Assembly: GCA_023429785.1 (NCBI GenBank)
Contig: JAEZDD010000003.1
Coordinates: 199,402 to 263,401, forward strand
Length of the DNA stretch: 64,000 bases
Reading direction: 5' to 3'
Source of the DNA: Bacillota bacterium
GTDB lineage: Bacteria; Bacillota; Clostridia; Oscillospirales; Ruminococcaceae
The notes beneath the pieces were generated by a model. That model was not told the origin of the DNA and made no database searches. It saw only the letters and a program-made list of their open reading frames with translations. The position numbers and the translations under genes were made by a program. Below are positions 18,010-28,334 of the stretch, piece after piece (the stretch's first letter is position 1; each line of letters begins with the position of its first letter).

Positions 18010-19281
18010 ATGAAGATTGATTCTAGAAGGAAATATAGGACAATCACCTTATACGTCTTGGTTATTATTGCTATAAGCTTATTAATGATTGTTGCAATAT
18101 TCAAATTTGACAAGCTTCTTTTGTTTTTTGGGAAAATTATTAGTGTTCTCATGCCTGTCATATGGGGATTCGTTATTGCTTATCTTTTAAACCCTTTAAT
18201 GAAAACTTTTGATAGGTTGTTGATAAGAATTATTAAAAAGGATAAGAATAGGCGACTCAGGCGAGGGCTCTCTGTCACACTAACGATGATGATTATGCTT
18301 TTAGGGTTAGGCACACTTGTTTATTTCATTGTCCCTCAGCTGGCGATTACTATGAAGCTGCTTTTGGACAGTCTCCCTAAAAATATGTCGTCAATTCAAA
18401 AATGGTTTGACAATCTCCTTGAAAACAATCCATCTCTAAAAGGTTTTATATCGAATCAATTCGTTAATATTTCTAATTACCTTGAAGGAGTCGCAACTAA
18501 ATTTCAGCCTGTGCTAAGCGATTTTATTTCTGATTTTACTGTTGGCGTATTTCGATTAATTATTGCTTTGAAGGACTTTTTAATTGGAATTGTTGTTGCT
18601 GTTTACTTTTTACTTGGGAAGGAAAAGCTTTTAACTCAAGCTAAGAAAATTATGCTTTCGCTTTTTCAGAAAAAAACCTGTGAACGAGCATTTAAGCTTT
18701 ATCACAAATCAAATGGAATGTTTATTGGATTTCTTAGCGGTAAAATAATTGATTCTTTCATTATTGGAATTATATGCTTTATAGTAATGACAATATTCAG
18801 ATTGCCTTATCCTATTTTAATCAGCGTTATTATCACTATAACAAATTTAATACCCTTCTTTGGTCCTTTTATTGGTGCAATACCAAGCGCCTTCCTAGTA
18901 ATTCTTGATAACCCACATGCACTAATCCCTTTCTTGATTTTTATTGTTATTCTTCAGGTTTTCGACGGGAACATCTTAGCCCCCAGAATTTTAGGAAATT
19001 CAACCGGCCTCCCCGCTTTCTGGGTGCTGTTTTCTATTCTTGTTGGTGGTGGCTTGTTTGGTTTTGTTGGAATGATTCTCGGTGTCCCCACCTTTGGAAT
19101 CTTATATGCTGTTTTTAAAACCTATGTTGAGACTAAGCTTGATGAAAAAAATCTTCCCAAAGAAACAATAGCATATTCCGGGAACATTGAGCATTTTATT
19201 TCACCAAAAAGAGCTAAGGATTCTCAGGATGTTGAAGAGATTTATGGGGATTATCTTCTTGGAAAAGATAATAAGAAATAA
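18010..19281 (+). CDS. AI-2E family transporter (PerM/UPF0118-like)
   Basis: 423 aa, polytopic, with a C-terminal region typical of the family (IPFFGPFIGAIPSAFLVIL...DGNILAPRILGNSTGLP). Confidence 0.85.
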   Translation: MKIDSRRKYRTITLYVLVIIAISLLMIVAIFKFDKLLLFFGKIISVLMPVIWGFVIAYLLNPLMKTFDRLLIRIIKKDKNRRLRRGLSVTLTMMIMLLGLGTLVYFIVPQLAITMKLLLDSLPKNMSSIQKWFDNLLENNPSLKGFISNQFVNISNYLEGVATKFQPVLSDFISDFTVGVFRLIIALKDFLIGIVVAVYFLLGKEKLLTQAKKIMLSLFQKKTCERAFKLYHKSNGMFIGFLSGKIIDSFIIGIICFIVMTIFRLPYPILISVIITITNLIPFFGPFIGAIPSAFLVILDNPHALIPFLIFIVILQVFDGNILAPRILGNSTGLPAFWVLFSILVGGGLFGFVGMILGVPTFGILYAVFKTYVETKLDEKNLPKETIAYSGNIEHFISPKRAKDSQDVEEIYGDYLLGKDNKK

Positions 19282-19294
19282 GTATATAAATATA

Positions 19295-19320
19295 AGCCAC
19301 TCATAAGAGTGGCTTTTTCT
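19295..19320 (+). terminator. Intrinsic terminator of the AI-2E transporter gene
   Basis: AGCCACTC-ATAA-GAGTGGCT followed by TTTTT. Confidence 0.8.
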
Positions 19321-19324
19321 ATGC

Positions 19325-19369
19325 AAAAAAAGAATGTAAAAACCTTAGGCTTCTAAGGTTTTTACATTC
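19325..19369 (-). terminator. Intrinsic terminator of the sugar ABC operon
   Basis: Perfect 16-bp stem GAATGTAAAAACCTTA / TAAGGTTTTTACATTC with a 6-nt loop. A T-run follows on the minus strand. Confidence 0.8.
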
Positions 19370-19403
19370 AAAAAAAGGGGTTATGAAGAAAGAAACTAGC
19401 AAA

Positions 19404-20270
19404 TTAGCCTTTAACGCTACCCAATGCTATACCACGAACGATATACTTAGATAGAAATAAGTATACTAGTGCAACAGGAATAATAGAAACAAATATTAAT
19501 CCATAAACTTGACCTAAATCAAATTTAGCAAAATCCGCACTTCTTAGCATGGCAATAAGAATAGGTAATGTCTTCATGTCCTTCTTGTCAAGAATAAGAG
19601 CTGGTATAAAGTAGTTGTTCCATGCCCCTGTAAAAGCAAATATCGCCTGAACAGCAATAGCTGGCTTCAATATTGGAAATACAATTCTGTTGAAGGTATA
19701 AAATTCATTTGAACCGTCAATTCTAGCAGCCTCGATTATTTCAAGAGGCAATGCACTCTCCATATACTGTTTCATAAAGAAGAATATAATTGGTGAAGCA
19801 ATTGCTGGAATAATAAGTGGAATGAATGAGTTTAATAAATCCATATCTCTAATCATGCTAACAAATCCCAATGCAGAAACCTGGGTTGGAACAATCATAA
19901 TCATTAGAATAAATGCAAAAATTGCATTTTTGAATTTAAAGGTATATGCATGAATTCCATAAGCTGTCATCGCCGAGAAGTATGTAGCTAATGCAGCTAC
20001 ACCAGCTGAAACAATAAAGCTGTTAAAAATACCTGTCAATACCGGAAGAGTATCATTTGAGAAAACGCTCTTCATATTAACTAAAAAAGATTTTCCTGGT
20101 AATAGAGAAAAGCCTTTTGCGATGTCTGGATGAGCTCTGGTTGTATTTATAATCAGAATATAAAAAGCAGCCAAAGATAAGACGGATAACAAAATCAATA
20201 CAAAATAACAAAATATTCTATAAATTGTTAGCCCTGCATTTCCAACGCTTGAGTTTTTTTGCATACTCAT
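19404..20270 (-). CDS. Carbohydrate ABC transporter permease (MalG-like)
   Basis: 288 aa with 6 TM helices and an EAA-like loop (EAARIDGSNEFYTFNRIVFPILKP). Confidence 0.9.
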   Translation of the reverse strand: MSMQKNSSVGNAGLTIYRIFCYFVLILLSVLSLAAFYILIINTTRAHPDIAKGFSLLPGKSFLVNMKSVFSNDTLPVLTGIFNSFIVSAGVAALATYFSAMTAYGIHAYTFKFKNAIFAFILMIMIVPTQVSALGFVSMIRDMDLLNSFIPLIIPAIASPIIFFFMKQYMESALPLEIIEAARIDGSNEFYTFNRIVFPILKPAIAVQAIFAFTGAWNNYFIPALILDKKDMKTLPILIAMLRSADFAKFDLGQVYGLIFVSIIPVALVYLFLSKYIVRGIALGSVKG

Positions 20271-21196
20271 TATCTTTGCCCCTTTCTATCCCTATTTGTA
20301 AATCCAAAGAAAACAATTAAGCTTAATATACCGGCAACAGCGAATAAAATTACACTGAGTGCACCAGCCATACCATAGTTTTTGCTATATAGATGGTTGT
20401 TCAAGAACATAATAAGCGTCATGCTTGTACGGTTAGGAACACCTAAGCCATTTGTTAGAATTTGTGGAACGTCAAACATCTGAAGTCCACCAATTAATGA
20501 AGTTAAAATAACATATAATAAAATAGGTCTTAATAGAGGTAGAGTTATCTTTCTAAACGCTTGTGATGATGAAGCACCATCAATTTCAGCTGCCTCATAT
20601 AGCTGTGTATCAATACCCATTATGCCAGCCATTAATAATATTGTAGTATTTCCATACCACATCAAAAAGTTCATAAGCGCAACTAATCCACGGTTTCCTT
20701 CTGTTGATGCCATAATCTGAACAGTGTCAGAAGAGTGAGTGATACTCTTGATCATATCACTAATAGGACCAATATCAGAGAAAATTGACCAGAAAAGCAT
20801 TGAAAAAGCAGCAGCCATTATTAAGTTTGGCATATAGATTATAGTCTTAAATACTCCTGTAGCTTTTAGCTTCAATCTTATATTTGTGAACCAAGAGGCA
20901 AGTATAAGTGAAACTACTATTTGAGGTATAAAACCTAAAAGCCACATAATCATTGTGTTAGAGAAATAAGTTACTAATGAATTATCAGTAAATAATGTCT
21001 TGAAATTTTGAATTCCTATATAATTAGGACCAACTGTATCTAAACCAACTTGGTAATTTTCAAAAAAACTATTATAAAACGTCGAAATTAGCGGCACTAA
21101 GCTGAAAATAGCATAAACTATAAAAAATGGTAAAATAAAAAATACTCCCCATTTGCCATAACTTATAATATTTTTATTATTTTTTAATTTTGACAT
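20270..21196 (-). CDS. Carbohydrate ABC transporter permease (MalF-like)
   Basis: 308 aa with an EAA loop (EAAEIDGASSSQAFRKITLPLLRP). Overlaps the downstream permease start by 1 nt. Confidence 0.9.
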   Translation of the reverse strand: MSKLKNNKNIISYGKWGVFFILPFFIVYAIFSLVPLISTFYNSFFENYQVGLDTVGPNYIGIQNFKTLFTDNSLVTYFSNTMIMWLLGFIPQIVVSLILASWFTNIRLKLKATGVFKTIIYMPNLIMAAAFSMLFWSIFSDIGPISDMIKSITHSSDTVQIMASTEGNRGLVALMNFLMWYGNTTILLMAGIMGIDTQLYEAAEIDGASSSQAFRKITLPLLRPILLYVILTSLIGGLQMFDVPQILTNGLGVPNRTSMTLIMFLNNHLYSKNYGMAGALSVILFAVAGILSLIVFFGFTNRDRKGQR

Positions 21197-21255
21197 TTAA
21201 ATCACCCCTTATTTGAATCATTTCGCTCGCAAAGCAAAGTAGTGCAATTAGTATT

Positions 21256-21281
21256 ATAGGGTGGGCATTGCCCACCCTAAT
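21256..21281 (-). other. GC-rich intercistronic hairpin after the substrate-binding-protein gene
   Basis: GGGTGGGC-ATT-GCCCACCC with no following T-tract. Its position, SBP then hairpin then permeases, is typical of differential mRNA-stability elements. Confidence 0.6.
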
Positions 21282-21294
21282 AATTTAAAATATA

Positions 21295-22656
21295 TTAGCT
21301 AGGTTTCTTTAGGTTTGGATATTTCTCAATTACTGCCTTGTAGAAGTTAGCTAAAGCAGTGTCCTTGTCAACCTTACCACTGAAGTAATCGTGGAATGAT
21401 GACTGAATTGCTTCGTTACAGCCTTGGTCGTAGTTTGAAATGTTCTTCAAATCAATCTTTTCAGCTGACTTAGCGAATAGAGCGATGTGGTTCTGTCCGC
21501 CTAGGAAGTCTGATTTAAATGAGCTGCTACCGATTTCTTCCATAGCTGCCTTGTTGTTTGTGTAGTCTTGTGTATCTGTTGTGATCTTCTTCATTGTAGC
21601 TGCATCACATGTTAGTGTCTTCATGATGTCCTTAACTAGATCAGCATTATCTGTTCCAGCTGCTGCACATAGCCATGTTCCACCCCAGTAGTAAGCCTGT
21701 GGTCCTTCACATACAGCGTAGTCGCCGTAGATTCCGTTACCAACTTCTTTCTTGCCGCCGTCTTTTTCAGATGTTGCAAGTGAGTTGCCTAGAAGTGTGA
21801 AGTTAATGCCCCATGTTGAGTAGAAGAATCCGAATACTTTACCTGAAGGACCCTGGTCTTTGCCCCAAGCATCAGCCCATAGAGTTGTCTTGTTGTTGTA
21901 GCCCTTGTCTGTGTATGTCTTAGTCTGGTCAACCCACTTCATGATGTTAGCATCAATTCTGATTACGTTGTCCTTATCAACCCAAGGAGCAGTAACGTTG
22001 TTTGAGAATGTTCTGTATGAATCATCATATCCAGAAAGCATCTTGTAGCCCTTAGCAGAAGCATCAGCAGCTACCTTGTCAAAGCTTGCCCAATCCTTAA
22101 GAGCATCTTGAACCTTAACTGGGTCATCTGTTCCAAGAACGTCCTTAGCGATTGATCTACGGTAAGCAAATAGACCTGGTGTAGCCTGCCATGTAACAGC
22201 CTTTAGCTTGCCATCTTTATCTGTTGCAATAGCTTGTGTATATTTGTATTGGTTAGCAAGATCTGAATCTGTTAGCCCAATGTCACCCTTAACGTCAAGA
22301 GCGTAGCTTGTGTTAACATATTTCAAAGCGTAGTCAGCTTCGATTAGGAATAGGTCGATCTTGTCATCAGCCTTAGCTGTGCTCTGAGCCTTTAGTGATG
22401 CGTCTAGCTTGTTCTGGTAAGCATTGTTATCGTTTGGTGTGATAACAAAGTTAACTTTAACATCTGAAGGTACTTTGCCAGCCTTTTCAAAATAATCTGT
22501 AAAACGATCCTTGAACTCAGTATTCCAGCAATAAATATTTAGAACTTTTCCGCCGTTTGAGAAATCACCCTTTGAGCTTTCTTCGTTCTTCTTACAACCT
22601 GCAAACATAGTAAGAGCAAGAACTGAAGCTACTGCAATTGACAACAACTTTTTCAT
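21295..22656 (-). CDS. Sugar ABC transporter substrate-binding lipoprotein
   Basis: 453 aa with a signal peptide and lipobox (LTMFAGC). Family-1 extracellular solute-binding-protein-like. Confidence 0.9.
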   Translation of the reverse strand: MKKLLSIAVASVLALTMFAGCKKNEESSKGDFSNGGKVLNIYCWNTEFKDRFTDYFEKAGKVPSDVKVNFVITPNDNNAYQNKLDASLKAQSTAKADDKIDLFLIEADYALKYVNTSYALDVKGDIGLTDSDLANQYKYTQAIATDKDGKLKAVTWQATPGLFAYRRSIAKDVLGTDDPVKVQDALKDWASFDKVAADASAKGYKMLSGYDDSYRTFSNNVTAPWVDKDNVIRIDANIMKWVDQTKTYTDKGYNNKTTLWADAWGKDQGPSGKVFGFFYSTWGINFTLLGNSLATSEKDGGKKEVGNGIYGDYAVCEGPQAYYWGGTWLCAAAGTDNADLVKDIMKTLTCDAATMKKITTDTQDYTNNKAAMEEIGSSSFKSDFLGGQNHIALFAKSAEKIDLKNISNYDQGCNEAIQSSFHDYFSGKVDKDTALANFYKAVIEKYPNLKKPS

Positions 22657-22698
22657 AATATTCCTCCTTAAATGTGCTACTCTCTCTTAGATGTAGCT

Positions 22699-23706
22699 TT
22701 ACAATTTTTTGACAGAGCCACCTTCTAACAATTCACCTTCAACCAAAATCTGTTGTGCTAACGTTGTTTTTGGATGTTCAATGTGCTCAATCAGCCTTTC
22801 CGCCGCCTGTCTCCCGAGTTCCTTAGTATTCTGATGCAAGGTCGTTAGCTTCGGGGCCATTACCTGTGAAAGGTAAATACCGTCATAACCGACAACACTG
22901 ATATCATCAGGAATCTTTAGTCCCATTTCTTCAATCACTTGGATTCCGCCAAGAATCGAAAAATCATCAGGATACATAATGCAGGTTGGAGGATTCTTGA
23001 GCGCCAGAAGTTCTCTGGTTGCTTTAACCACCGAGCCAGGATCATGGTAGTTACCGTGTTTTAAATATTCGTCAGGAACGAACATTTCAAACTTTTCACA
23101 GGTCCGATGGAAACTAGCAAGACGATTTTGAGTAACTGAAGTATCTTCACCGTATATATATGCAATTTTACTGTGACCACGGCGAATCACATAACTTATT
23201 AATTCTTTCATACCATTAACATTATCAGAGATAATAGAAGATGTGTTGTTAAAAACACAATCAATGGTAACTACAGGTATTGTACTGTTAACAAGCTCTA
23301 ATACCATCGGATCCTGAAAATCAACACTGGCAATCATAACTCCATCGCAACCGCGATAGCGACAATGCTCATAGTAACTCATTCTGCCTTCCCCAATATT
23401 GTGACTGATAAAAGTTATGTCGTAACCGCGGTGCTCCGCCACAACCTTAAAACTATCAAGCACTTGAGAAAAATATTCATGAGTTAATCCGCTGTGAGTT
23501 TTGTCAACAAAAAGCACCCCTATGTTATATGTGCGGTTTGTTTTCAAGGCTCGAGCGGCTGAGTTAAAAAAATAACCCATTTGAGCGGCAGCGTCACAAA
23601 TTTGCTTTCGTGTGGATTCGCCGACATCACGATGTCCATTAAGAGCTTTGCTAACCGTTGCGACTGATACGCCACAACTAGTAGCAACATCTTTCATAGA
23701 AACCAT
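22699..23706 (-). CDS. LacI family transcriptional regulator
   Basis: N-terminal HTH (MKDVATSCGVSVATVSKALNG) plus a periplasmic-binding-protein fold. The track ORF starts at TTG 23718, inside the GGAGG RBS; ATG 23706 is more likely. Confidence 0.9.
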   Translation of the reverse strand: MVSMKDVATSCGVSVATVSKALNGHRDVGESTRKQICDAAAQMGYFFNSAARALKTNRTYNIGVLFVDKTHSGLTHEYFSQVLDSFKVVAEHRGYDITFISHNIGEGRMSYYEHCRYRGCDGVMIASVDFQDPMVLELVNSTIPVVTIDCVFNNTSSIISDNVNGMKELISYVIRRGHSKIAYIYGEDTSVTQNRLASFHRTCEKFEMFVPDEYLKHGNYHDPGSVVKATRELLALKNPPTCIMYPDDFSILGGIQVIEEMGLKIPDDISVVGYDGIYLSQVMAPKLTTLHQNTKELGRQAAERLIEHIEHPKTTLAQQILVEGELLEGGSVKKL

Positions 23707-23767
23707 ATGTACCTCCAAGGATATAACGGGACGACTAAATTAGATAAGCATTGCTTGTGCCAAATTG

Positions 23768-23784
23768 TTACTTAATCGTTTCAC
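23768..23784. promoter_or_regulatory. Candidate LacI-family operator, copy 1, overlapping the predicted lacI-like gene TSS
   Basis: TTACTTAATCGTTTCAC, identical to the 17-mer at 24097-24113. It lies just downstream of the minus-strand promoter TTGTAT-17-TATACT (23820-23792). Confidence 0.55.
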
Positions 23785-24057
23785 TGACATTAGTATACTG
23801 CAATAACACTAAATATACAAGTGATTTCAAAAAAAAATTGGTGCATATGCTAAATTATAGAGAGATATACAAATAGCAAGGACTTTTTTTTAGCAATTTC
23901 ACATGTTTCGTTACTTTTTTGTAATTTTAGTGTTAATCGTTTTATATTTTTCCCCCAAAATGCGCTAAAATAACTAAAACAAAAACGTTTATATGTATAC
24001 TATTTGTTGTGTATTTATACAAAATTTATTTTACCAATATTTTTTTATTTGTACCTA

Positions 24058-24086
24058 TTGCATTTTTTGTGAAAATAGTATAAAGT
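24058..24086 (+). promoter_or_regulatory. Putative sigma-A promoter of the cellobiose phosphorylase gene
   Basis: TTGCAT-17 nt-TAAAGT. Confidence 0.5.
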
Positions 24087-24096
24087 ATATATAGAT

Positions 24097-24113
24097 TTAC
24101 TTAATCGTTTCAC
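24097..24113. promoter_or_regulatory. Candidate LacI-family operator, copy 2, at about +4 to +20 of the cellobiose phosphorylase promoter
   Basis: Exact 17-nt repeat of 23768-23784, with a central CG typical of LacI/CcpA-type sites. A weaker third copy, GTGTTAATCGTTTTA, lies near 23930-23944. Confidence 0.55.
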
Positions 24114-24179
24114 ATGTCGCATTTACGTTATTTGAGCGCTTTCTGAACTATACTGAGAAGGCGAGAATGGAGAGTTAAT

Positions 24180-26615
24180 ATGAAATTCGGTCATTTTGAT
24201 GACTTAAATAGAGAATATGTCATCACCACACCACTTACCCCCCTACCATGGATTAATTATCTTGGGAGCGAAAACTTTTTTTCGTTAATATCCAACACTG
24301 CTGGTGGTTATAGCTTTTATAAGGATGCTAAGCTTTTGCGTCTTACTCGTTATCGTTACAACAACTCCTCAATGGATTCAAACGGTCGCTATTACTATAT
24401 TAAAGATGGTGATACTGTCTGGAACCCAGCTTGGCAGCCTGTTCAGACCGAACTTGACGAATACAAATGCCGTCACGGCTTAGGCTACTCTGTATTTGAA
24501 TCTTCTAAGAATGGTGTTTCTTCAAAATTAACCTGTTTTGTTCCGGTTGGTGAAAACTGTGAGGTTAACCAATTAGTCATAACTAACAATTCAGCTGAGA
24601 AAAAAACTCTTACTATTACTAGTATGCTTGAATTCTGTCTATGGAATGCTGTTGACGACGCTTCAAACTTCCAGAGAAACTTCTCTATCGGTGAGGTTGA
24701 AATTGAAGGCAGTGAAATTTATCACAAAACTGAATATCGTGAAAGAAGAAATCACTATGCTGTATATGCTGTAAACGCTGAAATTGATGGCTTTGATACT
24801 GACAGAGATGCTTTCTGCGGCGCATATAAGGGCTTCTCTAATGCTGAGGTTGTTTTCTCAGGTAAGGCTAAAAACAGTGTTGCCAGCGGATGGGCTCCAA
24901 TCGGCTCACACAGCATCAATGCTGAGCTTGCTCCAGGCGAATCAAAGAGCTTGATTTTTGTTCTTGGATATATTGAAAATGCTGATGAAGAAAAATGGGC
25001 ATCACCAAATGTTATCAATAAGGCACCTGCAAAGACAATGCTTGAAAAATTCAAGACTGATGCTCAGGTAGACGCTGCACTAAAAGCACTTAGCAATCAC
25101 TGGGAAAGCTTGCTCAGCCGTTTCACTGTTAAATCAGAGGATGAAAAGCTTGACCGTATGATTAATATCTGGAATCAGTATCAATGTATGGTTACCTTTA
25201 ATATGAGCAGAAGCGCCAGCTATTATGAAAGCGGCATGGGACGTGGAATGGGCTTCAGAGATTCATGTCAGGACCTTCTTGGCTTCGTTCACTTAATTCC
25301 TGAAAGAGCTCGTGAGCGTATAATTGATATTGCTTCAACTCAGTTTGAGGATGGAAGCGCATATCATCAGTATCAGCCTCTCACAAAACGCGGCAACCTC
25401 GATGTTGGCAGCGGATTTAACGATGACCCACTATGGCTAATAGCTTGTGTTACTGCTTATATCAAAGAAAGTGGCGATTTTGGCATACTTGACGAAATTG
25501 TTCCTTTTGACAACGACGAAACTAAGGCTCAAACTTTGTTTGAACACTTATTCCGCAGCTTTAATTATATTGCAACACACAAGGGTCCTCACAATCTTCC
25601 TCTTATTGGAAGAGCTGACTGGAACGACTGCTTGAATCTGAACTGCTTCTCTGCTACACCTGGCGAGAGCTTCCAGACTTGTTCAAACTTTGAAAGCGGC
25701 AAGGCAGAAAGCGTATTCATCGGCGGTATGTTCGTTAAATACGGTAATGAATTCGCTGACTTGTGCACTAAGATTGGGAAGAATGATATGGCAGCCGATG
25801 CTAAGGCAGAAGTCAAGAAGATGTATGATGCTGTTCTTGATGCCGGATGGGACGGCGAATGGTTCGTTCGTGCTTATGACGCTTTTGAAAAGCCTGTCGG
25901 CAGTAAGGTTTGTGACGAAGGTCAGATTTTCATCGAGCCACAGGGTATGTGCGTAATGGCTGGAATCGGCGTTGAAGAAGGTCATGCTGCTAAGGCGCTG
26001 AACAGCGTTAAAGAAAAGCTCGACACTAAATATGGAATTGTTTTGTTACAGCCTGCATATACAACTTATAGATTGAATCTCGGTGAGGTTTCATCATATC
26101 CTCCTGGATATAAGGAAAATGCCGGAATCTTCTGTCATAACAACCCTTGGGTTTCTTGTGCTGAAACTGTAATCGGTAACGGTAACAGAGCATTTGAAAT
26201 ATATAAGAAAACTTGCCCGGCTTATATTGAGGAGATAAGCGAAATTCACAGAACTGAGCCTTATGTTTACAGCCAGATGATTGCCGGTAAGGATGCTGCT
26301 CGTTTCGGTGAAGCTAAAAACAGCTGGCTAACCGGTACTGCTGCTTGGACATTTGTTAACCTTAGTCAGTTTATCCTCGGAATTGTTTCAACCTATGACG
26401 GTCTTTCAGTTAATCCTTGTATTCCAAGTGACATGAAGGGCTTCACAGCAAAAAGACTTTATCGTGGAGTTATGCACAATATTACCGTTGAAAATCCTTC
26501 CGGAGTTCAAAAGGGAGTTGCCGGCATGACTGTTGATGGAGTAAAAATCCCTGGCAATGTTATTCCATTTGATTCAAGCAAAAAGGAAGTTAATGTTGTT
26601 ATCACAATGGGCTAG
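24180..26615 (+). CDS. Cellobiose phosphorylase (GH94)
   Basis: 811 aa. The N-terminus [29 protein letters not shown] and the overall length match characterised GH94 cellobiose phosphorylases. Confidence 0.9.
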   Translation: MKFGHFDDLNREYVITTPLTPLPWINYLGSENFFSLISNTAGGYSFYKDAKLLRLTRYRYNNSSMDSNGRYYYIKDGDTVWNPAWQPVQTELDEYKCRHGLGYSVFESSKNGVSSKLTCFVPVGENCEVNQLVITNNSAEKKTLTITSMLEFCLWNAVDDASNFQRNFSIGEVEIEGSEIYHKTEYRERRNHYAVYAVNAEIDGFDTDRDAFCGAYKGFSNAEVVFSGKAKNSVASGWAPIGSHSINAELAPGESKSLIFVLGYIENADEEKWASPNVINKAPAKTMLEKFKTDAQVDAALKALSNHWESLLSRFTVKSEDEKLDRMINIWNQYQCMVTFNMSRSASYYESGMGRGMGFRDSCQDLLGFVHLIPERARERIIDIASTQFEDGSAYHQYQPLTKRGNLDVGSGFNDDPLWLIACVTAYIKESGDFGILDEIVPFDNDETKAQTLFEHLFRSFNYIATHKGPHNLPLIGRADWNDCLNLNCFSATPGESFQTCSNFESGKAESVFIGGMFVKYGNEFADLCTKIGKNDMAADAKAEVKKMYDAVLDAGWDGEWFVRAYDAFEKPVGSKVCDEGQIFIEPQGMCVMAGIGVEEGHAAKALNSVKEKLDTKYGIVLLQPAYTTYRLNLGEVSSYPPGYKENAGIFCHNNPWVSCAETVIGNGNRAFEIYKKTCPAYIEEISEIHRTEPYVYSQMIAGKDAARFGEAKNSWLTGTAAWTFVNLSQFILGIVSTYDGLSVNPCIPSDMKGFTAKRLYRGVMHNITVENPSGVQKGVAGMTVDGVKIPGNVIPFDSSKKEVNVVITMG

Positions 26616-26659
26616 CCTTAATTAATGCGTTTAAATTTCTTCGTACAATAATATATTTT

Positions 26660-26697
26660 TGGCTGGTTGATTTAAAATCTTCCAGCCACTTTTTTTG
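26660..26697 (+). terminator. Intrinsic terminator of the cellobiose phosphorylase gene
   Basis: TGGCTGG-15 nt-CCAGCCA followed by CTTTTTTT. Confidence 0.7.
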
Positions 26698-26701
26698 CAA
26701 C

Positions 26702-26734
26702 AAAAAATCACTCCCTGATATACAGGAAGTGATT
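26702..26734 (-). terminator. Intrinsic terminator of the pgk-tpiA-gpmI operon
   Basis: Minus strand ATCACTTCC-loop-GGAGTGAT followed by TTTTTTG. Confidence 0.65.
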
Positions 26735-26748
26735 TATATATATTTTCT

Positions 26749-28266
26749 CTATTTGATAAGCGACTTACCAGTCATTTCAGCCGGCTGTGGCAAGCCTAGA
26801 ATCTGAAGCATTGTCGGTGATAAATCAGCGAGAACGCCGTCATCACGAAGCTCGCAATCCTTCCCGACAACGATAAGCGGAACAAGGTTGGTTGTGTGGG
26901 CTGTGAATGGTGAACCATCACTTTCATACATCTGGTCAGCGTTCCCGTGGTCAGCAGTAATCAGCGCAATCCCGCCCATTTCAAGAACAGCGTCTAGGGT
27001 CATTCCCACGCATTTGTCAACCGCCTCAACAGCGGCAACAGCGGCATTGAAGTTCCCGGTATGCCCAACCATGTCGCAGTTAGCGTAGTTAAGAATTATT
27101 ACATCATATTTCCCTGAATTAATTCTGCTCACAACCTCGTCAGCGACCTCAAATGCGCTCATTTCTGGCTTTAGGTCATAGGTTGCAACCTTTGGTGAGG
27201 AAATCAATGCTCTGTCTTCATTCTTAAATGGCGCTTCAACTCCGCCATTAAAGAAGAATGTAACATGAGCGTATTTTTCTGTTTCAGCAATTCTCAGCTG
27301 AGTCAAGCCATTTTCGCTGATGTATTCGCCAAATGTGTTTGAAAGCGACTGAGGCTTAAATGCAACATGAACGTTTGGCATTGTTGCGTCGTATTGAGTC
27401 ATGCAAACAAAGAATAATGGGAAGAAACCATTTTTTCTCTCAAAGCCACTGAAGCTTTCGTCAACAAAGGTTCTTGAAATTTCTCTGGCTCTGTCCGGTC
27501 TGAAATTGAAGAAAATTACGCTGTCATTTGACGAAATTTTTCCATCCTTTGAGCATACTGCCGGAAGAACAAATTCGTCAGTAATATTATTTTCATAAGA
27601 AGCTGACATTACAGCAACCGGATTTTCGAAATATTCGCCCTCGCCATAAACCATTGCTGAGTATGCTTTTTCAACTCTGTCCCAACGGTTATCTCTATCC
27701 ATTGCATAATAACGGCCCGAGATTGTTGCAATTTCACCAACGCCAATCTCAGCCATTTTTTCAACTAAAGCTTCAACAAAGCTCTTCCCCGATGAAGGCG
27801 GAACGTCACGGCCGTCCATGAAAGCGTGAACAAAAACCTTTTTAAGCCCGGCCTTTTTGGCTAGCTCCAAAAGTCCGTATAGATGAGTGTTATGGCTGTG
27901 AACTCCTCCGTCTGAAAGAAGCCCCATTAGATGTAGTGATGTATTGTTTTTCTTGCAGTTTTCAATCGCCGCATTAAGAGTTTCATTATTGAAGAAATCG
28001 CCGTCCTTGATTGACTTTGTTATTCTTGTTAATTCCTGATAAACAATTCGACCGGCGCCGATATTTGTATGCCCAACCTCACTGTTCCCCATTTGACCCT
28101 CAGGAAGCCCAACCTCCATTCCGGAAGCGGCAATTTTAGTATTAGGGCACTTTTCAAAAACCTCATTAAGATTCGGAGTATTTGCGGCAGCAATGGCATT
28201 TCCATAGCTGTCTGGATTATATCCATAGCCATCAAGAATAATTAGCGCTAATGGTTTTTTACTCAT
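26749..28266 (-). CDS. gpmI: 2,3-bisphosphoglycerate-independent phosphoglycerate mutase
   Basis: The likely start is MSKKPLALIILDGYG at 28266 with a GAAGGAG RBS; the track extends to 28299. Motifs include MGNSEVGH and ADHGN. Confidence 0.95.
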   Translation of the reverse strand: MSKKPLALIILDGYGYNPDSYGNAIAAANTPNLNEVFEKCPNTKIAASGMEVGLPEGQMGNSEVGHTNIGAGRIVYQELTRITKSIKDGDFFNNETLNAAIENCKKNNTSLHLMGLLSDGGVHSHNTHLYGLLELAKKAGLKKVFVHAFMDGRDVPPSSGKSFVEALVEKMAEIGVGEIATISGRYYAMDRDNRWDRVEKAYSAMVYGEGEYFENPVAVMSASYENNITDEFVLPAVCSKDGKISSNDSVIFFNFRPDRAREISRTFVDESFSGFERKNGFFPLFFVCMTQYDATMPNVHVAFKPQSLSNTFGEYISENGLTQLRIAETEKYAHVTFFFNGGVEAPFKNEDRALISSPKVATYDLKPEMSAFEVADEVVSRINSGKYDVIILNYANCDMVGHTGNFNAAVAAVEAVDKCVGMTLDAVLEMGGIALITADHGNADQMYESDGSPFTAHTTNLVPLIVVGKDCELRDDGVLADLSPTMLQILGLPQPAEMTGKSLIK

Positions 28267-28334
28267 ATATTTTCTCCTTCTAAATACAACAACGGACAAG
28301 CATAACTTGTCCTGTTATATTTTTAATAATAGAA

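Noticed and set aside
21256-21281. The GC-rich palindrome as a transposon inverted repeat, a REP element or a T-box fragment (it contains GGGTGG).
   Set aside because: It is a single copy in the window with no flanking direct repeats or transposase gene. Its position after the SBP gene fits an mRNA-stability hairpin.
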